Assembly (NCBI RefSeq): GCF_001194135.2
Contig: NC_068988.1
Coordinates: forward strand, 71,587,508 to 71,651,507
Length of the DNA: 64,000 nt
DNA from: Octopus bimaculoides
Taxonomy: Eukaryota
Direction of reading: 5' to 3'
Shown here: positions 38,101-50,159 of the stretch, in pieces
Layout: each line of letters opens with the position of its first letter
Position numbering within the stretch: position 1 is the stretch's first letter
Translations under genes and position numbers: made by a program
Notes under the pieces: model-generated
Told to the model about the DNA's origin: nothing
Database searches by the model: none
Seen by the model: the letters and a program-made list of their open reading frames with translations, nothing else

Positions 38101-39289
38101 ACACAGCATTAAAAACGCGTTCTTTGCACTCAACTCCATGAACTCTGACTACCAAAAGCGGTAGACATGTGTATTGACCCAAGAATTTAACAAACATTTA
38201 TTACATCTGAACTGTTATATTGTTTGTTTTGACATTTTAGGATGTATAGATTTTTATTATTTTCATTATTGTATACCGTTAGCTATGCTAGAGGGTATGT
38301 AGTGGTGTAGGTAACTAAATAGTTGAATGCGCTCCGTTGCAAGAAAGAGCATAGAGTAACCTCCCTTTTCTAAGTTTCTCGAAACATCTGTGTCATGAGA
38401 TGTGATTCTTAATTATTCAAGAAGCTTAGCGTTTCTGTTGGAAGTTTCTAGGATGTCTAGCATTCCATTAATAAAAACAGCATGCTAACCCAGCTCTTCG
38501 CTTCTTAGTCGATTACACTAAAACCTATTCACGTCATTGCTATGTCCGTCTATTTCTCTACGTCACATGACTGAAAACCACCACTTAGCTGTTATTTCTA
38601 CATTTTCTAATTCTGAACTTTCTTGCATATATTACTTCATTCAACTAGATTTTACATTTTGATTCTCTGTATCATCATCGACCAGTAAATAAAAAATATT
38701 TTTATGTAGTAAATATATAGGTCTTGAACTTATTTTTCATCTCTTTATGAACTATTGTTATAACATACACGCAGCCACATCAACACCTTGTACTGACTAT
38801 ATATCTCCACTACACATGTAATCAGCAGTTGCTCCTCAAAAACTTCCTACTGCAACATTTTGCTTAAAACAATATAGTCGCCTTTTGGAAACAAATTGAC
38901 TGCTCTGAGATAAATATAGAGAAAACCTGTTATTTTAATTACACTTTAATTGCTATTGGTTTTATCCAGGAAATGACAAACGGTCTATAATGTGGATGCC
39001 AGTAGAGGGTTAGAGATATATCCATTTAAATGAATCTGGCAATTATGCATGTAGGTACTTCAACATGATCACAGAAATATTTGTAGAATATTTTCGTAAC
39101 AACTTCTACCAAGGGAAAACATTACAGGCAAGATGTCCTTATCTCTTCGAAATATTAAAAAAGATAAATAGGAGAGTTATGGAATTCTGTTTCGAGCCTT
39201 CGAATTCTATGCACAAATTATAAATTCATATTTATACTATTAATAATCAGTATGCTTGTGAGAAAATGCCTAAATGACAATCTGGAATA

Positions 39290-40937
39290 GTTAGAGTTTT
39301 CCGAAAAAGAAATCAACAAGTTAGCACACATAACCTGGTATACAGGATAGAATCGAGCCTTATAAACCTAGAACAACACTTAAAAGTTTGAAATGTCATA
39401 AGCCGTACTTTGCTATAAACCTTACTGTTAGGCTCATTTGCCCTTCCATATCAAACTGAGGGAGATTAGATAAATTAATTATAGATAAGCACTTATCCAC
39501 GCTTAAGAAAGTATTTAAATTAGATTTATGGACAAATTCGTTTGAGGTTCTGCAATGGTTCAAGGATTTTAAGCATAAGAAAATTGGCAAATTCATTGAA
39601 ATAGATATATTTCTAACTACTATGTATCCATTATTTACATTATTTACAAATATCCGTCAATTGTAAATAATTTAAATAATGTACATAATTCCTCAACTCT
39701 CAAATATAGAACTGTCCTATGTATCCATCAACCTCATAAATAAGGCACTCATTTTTACGAGGAAAAAGTTTAGATTAACTAAGAATTAAATCGACAAGGA
39801 AAAAATTATAGAATTTCAGGGTAAGATTTGGACTAGGAAGAATTGAGCTAATAGTTTCGATATCACTAAGGTGACGAGCAACTTTGGAGGAATATATATT
39901 ATAAAGTACCTAAATGGGGAGTTTCCTGAATTAGGGGAAAGATTATGTTCACCATCCGTAATTGTAGCAAAAATAACATTGTAAGGTATAAGAAAATACA
40001 CATTTTTAAAAATATCATCTCTGTAGAAACAGAACACTATAAGGCATTTTTTTTAGATATTACATTTGGTGCTGGACTGCATCACACATTTCACAAACTG
40101 AAGAAAAATCTTAAGTACGTTAGTCGCAACTCAAATTATCCAAGATATTTTATAAACTTTATAGTCAAGAAATCTTTTGACAGCACAAATGATATTACAA
40201 CCTATCCCTAACACAAGCGGGTTTCAGCGAACAAATTAAATACACCCCAAATAGCAATGCGGCTAAAGATAGTACTGTTAGAAATTAGACGTATTCTAAT
40301 TATGGGATTACCATAATAGAAGAAAATATTCCAGGACTAGTTGTAAAGAATATAATAGGAAATTTAATCATAACGCAAACAGTATGGTCGGATCAACGGA
40401 AATAGGACCGCCCTCAACTAACAAAAAAAAGATAAGCTAAATGAGCATAAACATAAGAGTTCTCGCAGTGACACTAGTTTGAGTAAATCCACTGATATTA
40501 CCAGGCCCCCAAAATGATATGTTTAATGTTAATAAGCGTCAACTAGAGGAAGATAACGAGTGACTATAGGGATAGACATAATCGTCTAAACAGGATTACT
40601 CGTAATCCGAGCAGACTAATCACTCACGAAATTGTAAGGATGTATAGTGGTAAATAGTGTAACTCTGAGAAAGGAAGAAGTAGATCAAAGCAAGTAGCTT
40701 GATATAATGCATCATTCCGTGCCCAAACCGCTACTAATATCCCGAGAAAATTCTTCACGGCGCTCCAGCATTTCCTACCATCAATCCTATATGGGAAATT
40801 TTTTACATGCGTTCAGTTAAGTTTTCATAATCAACCACAAGGGACATGGCAAATGTCATAGCTTCTCACAACGCACATAAAATAAGAGATTTCATGCTTA
40901 AACATACAACAAACTTAAGCAGTAACAAAAACTGTAG

Positions 40938-40940
<3 letters not shown>
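39290..40940 (+). mobile_element. Neptune-type PLE RT + linker remnant
   Basis: KPTVRLICPSISN, DLWTNSFEVLQWFKDF..KFIEIDI, KYVSRNSNYP, YNASFRAQTATNIPRKFF and MANVIASHNAHKI match Neptune-type PLE motifs. Confidence 0.7.
39629..39716 (+). mobile_element. Minimal (about 88 bp) copy of the hammerhead-pLTR family, 9-11 bp TSD
   Basis: CTATGTATC(CA) at 39620 and 39717. Inverted CATTATTTACATTATTTACA plus direct AATATCCGTCAA..AAATATAGAACTGT. Confidence 0.75.
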
Positions 40941-40998
<58 letters not shown>

Positions 40999-41196
40999 GC
41001 CGCTGCTGCTGCTGCTGCTACTGTTGCTGCTGCTATGTCTGCTACTGTTGCTGCTGCTAAGCACACTGAAGTCTGTGGAAAGAGACTCTGAGAACTTTGA
41101 TACTAGGTTGCTCTCCGGTCTCAAGAGCACTGAGAAGTAGAATATATAATAATAATTTAAAAAATAACAACAACAACAACAACAACAACAATAATA

Positions 41197-41237
<41 letters not shown>

Positions 41238-41239
<2 letters not shown>

Positions 41240-41910
41240 TGCCCTGATGCAGCATCAGACAGTGATTCACATGGCTTCTAGTCTCAACTGATTGGAAGTG
41301 TTAGTAAGTACATTGCTTTGTCTTGGTGTAAAAGATTAGCTACAGAAAATATTCTGCTCAATACCACAGATTTGCTTGTCAATTGTTTGACCTTAACCAG
41401 TTAAGCATGTCCGTTGGCTGGTGACGATACGTGCATCTTTGATCATGACCAGAAGTAGTGGGGGTGTATCATAGTCATGAGTTGAGGGGAATTCACCTCT
41501 GGAAACATGGATGTTTTGTTCAACATCCTTAAACAACCCTTATTTAGAGACCTTTTAAGGTTTGGATAATTCACCTCTGGAAACATAGCCATGTGTTGAA
41601 AGGAATTCTTTAGAATTTGAAAAATTCACCTCTGGAAATATAAGTGTTTCATTCATCATCTTTAAACAACTCTAATTTAGAGAGATTTTCAGCGGGATTG
41701 GTTACTCGCTCAAAAGAAAATTCTAAATGGGCCTCACCTGCAAGGTCATGCGCTGTGTATCTTGATATAAGATCTCCATGTCGCGTACATATGGTCGTGA
41801 TGCATGTGCCTGGTGTACTCTTATAAGACGGGTAGTCATGATGGGTGAATTGGGCTTCGTATATTTAACCCCGGGGTTACGTTGATGGCATGCGTTGATC
41901 TCTCACTCAA
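41238..41910. mobile_element. Non-coding interspersed repeat embedded in (AAT)n/(TAC)n tracts
   Basis: 41240-41400 matches the reverse complement of 63526-63677. Internal triple AATTCACCTCTGGAAA. Confidence 0.65.
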
Positions 41911-41942
<32 letters not shown>

Positions 41943-41943
41943 A

Positions 41944-42025
<82 letters not shown>

Positions 42026-42158
42026 AAGAAGAAGAAGAAGAAGAAGAAGAAGAAGAAGAAGAAGAAGAAGAAGAAGAAGAAGAAGAAGAAGAAGAAGAAG
42101 AAGAAGAAGAAGAAGAAGAAGAAGAAGAAGAGGTAGAAGAAGAAGAAGAAGAAGAAGA
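41911..42158. repeat. Compound (TAC)n(AAT)n(AAG)n microsatellite
   Basis: Direct reading. Also (TAC)n(TGC)n at 40940-41060 and (AAC/AAT)n at 41165-41238. Confidence 0.95.
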
Positions 42159-42557
42159 AAAAAATGCTTTCTAATTGATGTATCAATACCAGCAGATGAC
42201 AACGTCTCTCTAAAAGAAATGGAAAAACTTTCAAAATACAAAGACCTGGAAATAGAGATAACTCGAATGTGGAATCTAAAAACAGAAACAATTCCTATCA
42301 TAGTAGGTGCCTTAGGTATAATAAAAAAATATTCAGACAAATACATAACAAAAGCAACAGGACGTACAAATATATATAACATACAGAAAATTGCACTACT
42401 GGGTACTGCACACATTCTACGCAAAACACTTTCAATACAGTAAACATAAGAGCACCACAGCAAACCACAGCACATACCCAAGGCGCATAGAGCTGCGCTC
42501 GGTAGTGAAGTGAATGCACGTTATAAAAATAAAACTACTGAACAATAATAATAATAA
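42158..42557 (+). mobile_element. 5'-truncated R4/Dong-like LINE (REL endonuclease end + 3' UTR + AAT tail)
   Basis: KCFLIDVSIPADDNVSLKEMEKLSKYKDLEIEITRMWNLKTETIPIIVGALG..QKIALLGTAHILRKTL, stop at 42441-43, ends in (AAT)n. Confidence 0.85.
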
Positions 42558-42569
42558 CCATAGTTTCAA

Positions 42570-42770
42570 ATTTTGGCACAAGGGTAGCAATTTCAGGAGA
42601 GAGGTAAGCCAATTGTATCAATTCTAGTGTTCAGCTTGTACTTATTTTATCGACTTTGAACGGACGAAAGCTAAATTGGACCTCGACGGAATTTGAACTT
42701 CGAACGTAAATATGGACGAAATGCAGCTGAGCATTTTGCCCGGTGTGTTATCGATTCTGCCCTGCTCGTT
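42570..42770 (-). mobile_element. tRNA-derived SINE
   Basis: Reverse complement of the 11356/18088 family. Confidence 0.7.
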
Positions 42771-43069
42771 ATACTACCTAATTGCAATATTGAATACAAT
42801 AGTAATATTAGTGGCAGTGGTACTAAGCATGTAAACTAAAATGGAAACAATACTAATAACAATGAGCATAATAGAACTCGTAAAATCAAGATGGTGTTAA
42901 AGATGATAATTATTAAGGGAACAATAATAGGGATAAGGACGTCAGCAATGTCAGTAGTAATAAAAGTAGGGGTAGAATTAATAATTATAGTGATAAGGAT
43001 TTGAATAGCAAAAGTATAATTTTAGAAGTAACAGCAATAACAACAATGACAGTAGTCGTAATAAAAGTC

Positions 43070-43430
43070 CGTTAGATGAAGAATGCGTTAAAAAGAACCT
43101 AGTTTATAAACAAAACAGTTTACCCATACACAAACTGTTGCACAACCATTATTCCCATCACGATATTATAACCATGTCTCATCATTTAAACGTAGGCACA
43201 AGGAAAGCTCGACCTCATTAAGCAAGCGAATTTGGGAGCTGAAAGTTAACAAATCAAAGTATAATATTATGTGATCAATATTAAGCATTGTGCCTACTTA
43301 CGACGTAGAATAAAATAGATGTGAACTTTGCCTAGAAGAGTCATTGTTAATAGTTACTTACTTCACATTATAACATTCTGAATAAAAGGCAGAAAATAGC
43401 GTTAAGATGTAAACATTTGTACAAGAAACC
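43070..43430 (+). mobile_element. Neptune-type PLE GIY-YIG C-terminal remnant
   Basis: PLDEECVKKNLVYK..NHVSSFK..STSLSKRIWELK..CELCLEESLLI..LNKR..RCKH pattern. Confidence 0.7.
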
Positions 43431-45114
43431 GTATAGATCATTCCCTTGAAGAAACCATATAGTTCATTCCCTGTGAAGAAATGCATAATATCCGCACACC
43501 TTGCTAGTCGAATAGTTTATACATAATACATCTTTAAATTAAATGGTATTTCTCAATTGTTTTAACTGGCTGCATTGTAGATTTCCTTTCTTTGTTTCAT
43601 CTCTACTTAATTGAAGATGAGAAAATATCTTTAGTCTTTTTTTATATTCCAATATCCATTCCCTTATATTTCTATTTTTATGTTTATTTTGGTTTTGTTG
43701 TCTTTGTTTTTCTTTGATTCTGTTTGATTTTGCTTTGGTTTTATCGGCTTCCTTTCTACTAATGTAATTTGCTCTACCACTTTATTTAAGAATCATATGT
43801 CTGTCTGACTCTCGCAGCTGTATCAATGATACCTACAGTATTGTGTGTAGTATTAGTCTTACTGTTTTTACACCTGTTAAAGGTTAATTTTAATCCCTGA
43901 GTAATAGGTCTAACTATTTCTGTACTTGGAAATTAATTAGGAAGATTTTGATACTTCAGCTTTAAAATAATTAGCAATACCATTGCTGCCTTTTGCTTTG
44001 TATATTTGCAAATATTTCTCCTTCCCATCGTTTTCAAATTTTAATAAACGCCAAAAGTCTGCCACTAACCGTAACCAGGTTGCGGGTATTAAATGTTTTT
44101 ACAGGATGTCAATACTATTCATGCGTGTTAAGACTGATTACTAGAAACAGGCGACTTATTTCCATACAAATGCCATACTGACCAAATTCCATCCTCTTTC
44201 CTTTACCTTCCTTCTTTCTCTTTGGAAATTGATTTGTTTTCGCTCTGAGGGAGATAGCTTTGTTATTGTGGTTCTCAATATTTTCAGTTGATCAATTGAT
44301 CGATTGACGAAATTGAACTTTGAAAGCACCTAAATGGATATCTGAAACATTTGTAAGCCAATAATAAATAAATGAATGTGTATAACTCATTACCCATTCT
44401 ATATATTTAACATAAACACACGCACACGCACGCGCGCGCACATACACACACATATACACAAACATAATACACCGTGGCGCATCGTCATTAGAACGAAAAC
44501 TTTTTGCGAAAATGTGTTTAGTATGGTACAAAATAAAAATATTTGAAATTTAATTTACGCTCGAGAATTACCCTTTTCTCTCCTCTCTTTTGAGTCGAAA
44601 AGGTCACTAAGGGGACGCGTATTTATAAACTCCCACATTAGCTCTACGTGTTTGTGTGCTTTTCGTTGATGAATAAGATTTTTATGCGTGTAATCGAAGA
44701 TATGTATAAATATGAAATATGCATAATTATTACAATATGAAATATGCATAATCAATAGAAAGTATCTAACTGAGGATGGAGCGCAACTGATAATTGTAGT
44801 GTAACATAACACAACACGTATATAATAATATTGACATAGAGTAACAGTCAAGTTCATTGATGCTGTACGGAGACTTGATGGTGCGAAGTAATAGTTTTCT
44901 ATTGTTATTCGTAGCCTTTAATCTAAAATGAATTAAATTCTGTCGAGAAATCGAGGTCAAAAATTATGAATTAAAAGTGGCTGCTATATCTCATTCTTAG
45001 TGCGATTCTATTAGAAATGTTTCTTTTATGTTCAAAGAATGGAATTGCTTCAAGTGGATGTCACGAAGGCTGAGTAGCAAATTGGTGTGTTATCTTCTTT
45101 TGCTTTTTCTTTTC

Positions 45115-45500
45115 TTTTTGCTTTTTGTTTCAGTCATTATAGAATGACCATGCTGGGGCACTACTTATGCTAAAATCTGGTACTTATTCGATTGATCTAT
45201 TTTGCCAAACCGCTACGTTTCTAGCATATAAACTATCCACTACCGGTTGTCAAGCTACGTAGAGTGGACAAACAGAAACACATAGAAAGATACATAAAAC
45301 CTTACAAACCCACACACACACACAAACACACACACACATATATAAACGAGGGACTTCCACACAGTTTCCGTCCACCAAATTAATTACAAAGCATCGGTTG
45401 ACCCAGGGCTATAATAGAAGACACTTGCCTAAGTTTCGACGCAGTGGAACTAAATCTGAAATGATGTAGGTTCAAAAACAACACCTTAACCCCACACCTG
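45115..45500 (-). mobile_element. tRNA-derived SINE (18618 family)
   Basis: TTTCAGTCATT..TTTGCCAAACCGCTA..CCGGTTGTCAAGC..CAGTTTCCGTCCACCAAAT..AGAAGACACTTGCCTAAG. Confidence 0.7.
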
Positions 45501-46129
45501 TTGTGTGATATTTTTGCGTCCGTTTTTTCCTTCTAATTGTATCATTAACAAATTGGATGATTGTTAATATTAATTATTTATGTAGCATCTGGTATGCAAC
45601 ACTATAGCATGAGACCATCAAATATCGTGATAAATAATCTGAAATATTCTTGGATATAATGGCTAGAGTCGTGAATGTAATAGTAACTTCTGGCAAGATG
45701 TGGGCAATTAGAAAACTGCAATATAGTTCTGTTTTCACCAACCTTCCTAGAAATGATTCATAATTTAATATATAAATCATCTATCTATTAATAATCCTTT
45801 CTATGATAGACACAGGGCCTGAAACTTTGGGGGAGGAGGTATAACGATTACATTGACACCAGTGTTCGACTGGTACTTATTTCATCTCCCAGAACGCCGC
45901 GTTCATTTATTTATTAATAGTAGATTAGTATTTAAATGATTCAGACAGTAAAGTATAAGGTTTTAAGAAATAGCGGGTGTCTCATTAGTCGGAAGTGTGG
46001 TTTATGGTAAAATGTTCAAAGACAACTTAAACTAAGTTCACTAAAAGTTCAAAAGACTATTGAGAAGATAAGCGTGAAATAAACGTGAGAGAATACTTGA
46101 TCTTACATTTAATTTCATGTTCAAACGGC

Positions 46130-46560
46130 CGCAACCCACATGCACCTCAAAATGTTACCCGAGGAATCACTGTTCCCCATGATATTTGGTAGATCCTTAA
46201 TTTCATGTTATGCGCCAATAAAGTGCAGAAGTTTTCAAAAAATAAAATTTTATGTGGTCTGTTGTTCAGCATAAAAATATTGTAAGTAAAGCCTACCTTA
46301 CAACGAACAGTATTTACTGAGTTGGCTGAACTATGTCCATGAATTTTGTCTTTAGTCTTCTTTTTCAGACCATAAGATGTCTTGAGCTGTTTTGAGAAAC
46401 TTGATGTATGCACCATCAATTTGATTTTGAGAGTCTTTCTCTATAGAGTAGTATCTAGTTCTAAAGAGATGAATACAATCCACACCTTACTTGAAGATTT
46501 GATATACTGCATTGTCTGTTAATTTGCAGCTTGTTACAGACACTCAGATCTAGTCGTTCG
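46130..46560 (-). mobile_element. Decayed RTE-like LINE 3' fragment
   Basis: Minus strand QIDGAYIKFLK..ILWSEKKTKDKIHG resembles RTE C-terminal LDG.Y.R.LR..ISW....TN..Y. Confidence 0.4.
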
Positions 46561-46780
46561 CCAATAAGCAAGTCTTTCTTATTGTGAGGATAATCGACAT
46601 AGAATCCAAGGTTTTTAAACCACTAACATCTTTGAGTTACAGGCCATCCTTCGAACAAATTGACAGACGGTCTGTTTTGCTGAACCGCGAAGTTACGGGA
46701 GGTAAATACACCAGCATCGTTTGCCAAGCGACGGCGGGGACGCAAACACAGGCATACAAATACACACACAAGCAAGCACG

Positions 46781-46833
<53 letters not shown>

Positions 46834-48515
46834 NNNNNNNNNNNNNNNNNNNNNNNNNNNNNNNNNNNNNNNNNNNNNNNNNNNNNNNNNNNNNNNNNNN
46901 NNNNNNNNNNNNNNNNNNNNNNNNNNNNNNNNNNNNNNNNNNNNNNNNNNNNNNNNNNNNNNNNNNNNNNNNNNNNNNATATATATATATATATACATAT
47001 AATCAAAATAAGGTAATGCAGTACGATCGTTTCATGCAACTTCATTTAATTGAACAATGCAATCATTACGTCAACTTGAAATGCAGACCAATCCTCAGCT
47101 ATAGAAAGACATACAATTTAATTAAATTAGAACAAATGGCCACATTAATATAATTATATCTGAAATCTCCAAGAAGTTAAGGAAACAGACAAAGAACATG
47201 TTGTCTTCACCTCAGCATAGAAGTTAATAAATTATCAAGAAGACTCTGCCTGTCCCTGATTTTAAATGTTTTTTATGGGGTCAGTCAGAAATCATATTTG
47301 GTATAGTCATAAAAATCAAGATTTATTAGAAGCAATATCATGAGGTTTGGTAAAGGAAGATGCTAGCTGACAAGTAAGGGGGTCGTCCACTAGCAGACCA
47401 TTGATAATGAAACAGGGGAGGTATTATCATGTAGTATTATAGTTAAATGCTTTGAATAATGTTGCTATATTGTATACAGTTAAAGTTTAGGGTTATTCAG
47501 AGGATTATTAAGAAGAATATTTTAACAAAAGGATAGAAATTTATGATAACTTTTGAGTATATAACAAACTTTTACCACAATAGATGGAGGGAAAGAAATT
47601 ATCCAGAAAGAAATAGTTTAATATTTATACATATTGTACACTTAAATACTAACTCATCAGATGGTATCTGTGAATATTGATTAATTGGTATATAATGGTA
47701 TTAATAGAGGAGTATTGAGGTAAAAGAACATTATAATTATATATTAATAAAATTATAATCTAAGCAGTTATTTATAAGTAGTGAATATACGAGTATAGTT
47801 TTATATAAGCTACGTATGAATTTATAGAGATACAAAGATTAGCTTAATTTTATGAATGAATAAAGGCTAATTATAAAATAATAAAGAAATGAGATAAAAT
47901 ATTCAAGTAGGGCAGAATACCATAGAAAACGAATAAAATAGCTTAATTACTATGGTAAAGTATATGTAGCTAATTAACACCAATAGAGAAGATTTATAGA
48001 AAACGTATATTAATTGAAAATATATTAGACTAAATGTTATATATTTACTTATTTAGCTAATATAAATAAAAGACTGATGTCTGGTATCAGCTAAAGGAAT
48101 ATTTAAGTCATGGAACATTCCTATTTTACACTAATCTTCCTTTATATAAACTAAGGGTTATATTATAGGTTTAAGAAGTTATTATTGCTACTCCCTACAT
48201 GATATTTATAGTTTCCTAGTGGTACTTGTTTAGAAGTCTTATTTATATAAAGACCCTTATAAAATACTAAGATCAGGAGGGTAAAGCCATTTAAGAAACA
48301 GATAAATCAAGTAATTTCTAAATATCATTTCAAACAATATTGTCGTGTTGTATAAACTTAAAATTCAGGGTAATCAAGAAGATTATTAAGAATGAAATTT
48401 TAACAAAAGGATAAAATTTCTATAAATATTTTGATTTGAATTTATACCAAATTTTTAACACAATAGAGAGATGAAAAAAAGTTGTAAAGAAAATAGTTTA
48501 ATATTTATTTACTTA

Positions 48516-49605
48516 CTAGCAGAAATACCCGGCTTTGCCCGGGTTAAAGAGTATAATGAAATCTAAAAACGCCATCTAGACTACGCAACCCTCAACTGTT
48601 AGTAGCTACGATACCATATTTCTACATTAATAACTCTCCAATCCATGTCAGCATGGAACATAGACATTAAGTGGAATGCCAGTCTCTCATCTAGGAGGGC
48701 CTTGAAATCAATGTTACCAACTGGGGACTATGTGTGTCGCAGTGATAATAAAAAGACCCAAAGGAGGTCTGCAACGAAATAATTTTACTCAACACTTTGC
48801 AAATGAATCAGTGGAGGCAAAGATGCGTCTCATTTACTTGACAATTTATGCACCNNNNNNNNNNNNNNNNNNNNNNNNNNNNNNNNNNNNNNNNNNNNNN
48901 NNNNNNNNNNNNNNNNNNNNNNNNNNNNNNNNNNNNNNNNNNNNNNNNNNNNNNNNNNNNNNNNNNNNNNNNNNNNNNNNNNNNNNNNNNNNNNNNNNNN
49001 NNNNNNNNNNNNNNNNNNNNNNNNNNNNNNNNNNNNNNNNNNNNNNNNNNNNNNNNNNNNNNNNNNNNNNNNNNNNNNNNNNNNNNNNNNNNNNNNNNNN
49101 NNNNNNNNNNNNNNNNNNNNNNNNNNNNNNNNNNNNNNNNNNNNNNNNNNNNNNNNNNNNNNNNNNNNNNNNNNNNNNNNNNNNNNNNNNNNNNNNNNNN
49201 NNNNNNNNNNNNNNNNNNNNNNNNNNNNNNNNNNNNNNNNNNNNNNNNNNNNNNNNNNNNNNNNNNNNNNNNNNNNNNCTCTCTCTGAAAGTATCTGTCA
49301 TTACAGTATCAAAATGTGATTGTTTCAGTTAGTAGAATAGTTTCATTTTTAAAGTGAAAGTATTTGACATGAGTGTTTTTGTTTCACTTTTGACACGTAA
49401 TACTTAAATAGTGGAGGAGATATTATGTTGCCGTGGGATCGAACTCTGCAAGAAGTTAAAACTTTTTTGGAATAAAACACAACTGGAACCCTAAGTAAGG
49501 CATGTGTAAAATTTGAATGAAATTGGTTGCGTAGTTCTCGAGTTTTAGGGATTCACACAGACAGACAGACAGACACACACACATTCTCATTTTTATATAT
49601 GTAGA
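48516..49605 (-). mobile_element. Non-autonomous Helitron (contains N gap)
   Basis: Plus strand A|CTAG (48515|48516-19) with hairpin ACCCGG/CCGGGT (48527-44). Minus-strand 5' end A|TCTACATATATAAAAATGAGAATGTGTG(TCTG)n at about 49605. Confidence 0.8.
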
Positions 49606-49683
49606 TAGATTACTTATCTACATAATAACTTAATATATGGTTTCTATAGAAATTGATCAATTGGATTTACCTAGTATTTAATA

Positions 49684-49830
49684 CAGTTCTATATTTAAGA
49701 GATGAGGAAGTATTTATATTATTTACATTATTTACATTTGACGGATATTTCTACTCATCTTGTTTGTTATTAACACAACGTTTCGGCTGATATACCCTCC
49801 AGCCTTCTTCAGGTGTCTTGGGGAAATTTT
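49684..49830 (-). mobile_element. Hammerhead-pLTR family copy with intact hammerhead at 49772-49817
   Basis: 3' end ACAGTTCTATATTTAAGAGATGAGG. Minus strand GACAC-CUGAAGA-A-GGCUG..CAGCC-GAAAC-GUU-GUGUU. Confidence 0.8.
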
Positions 49831-50090
49831 ATTTGGGTTTTAGTGATTAGGCTGTCTTTGTTCCTTTTCTATGATGCTCTACCCTAACTGATCATTTTAT
49901 TATTATTATTATTATTATTATTACTTCATAGTAGCACTAAATAAATCTAATCCTTGTACCTCTATTATTTCATACTCAGCTTATATAAGGTAATGCCGGT
50001 ATCTCGACAACTTAAAATAGTTCAATTCAATTAAATCAGTCTATAATTAATATGTTCTTTAACCTCAGTTGGTCCATTATTAAATACTAT

Positions 50091-50159
50091 TATTTACATT
50101 ATTTACATTTGATGGATATTTGTCCTCATCTTGTTTGTTGTTAACACAACGTTTCGGCT
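50091..50159 (-). mobile_element. Truncated hammerhead-pLTR family fragment
   Basis: TATTTACATTATTTACATTTGATGGATATTTGTCCTCATCTTGTTTGTTGTTAACACAACGTTTCGGCT; breaks inside stem II. Confidence 0.75.

Larger units (their letters stand above)
35549..38517 (+). mobile_element. Ty3/Gypsy LTR retrotransposon, internally deleted (gag/PR/RT absent)
   Basis: LTRs 35549-35785 (TGTAGTGGTG..CACCACCACA) and 38298-~38517, a purine tract AGAGGG before the 3' LTR, and RNase H/integrase remnants between. Confidence 0.9.

Noticed and set aside
41490-41640. Three spaced AATTCACCTCTGGAAA repeats as a CRISPR-like array
   Set aside because: Eukaryotic repeat context, unequal and partly homologous spacers, no cas genes.
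47200-48515. Mitochondrial insertion (NUMT)
   Set aside because: Composition is suggestive, but I recognised no mitochondrial protein, rRNA or tRNA motif. Kept only as an unexplained block.
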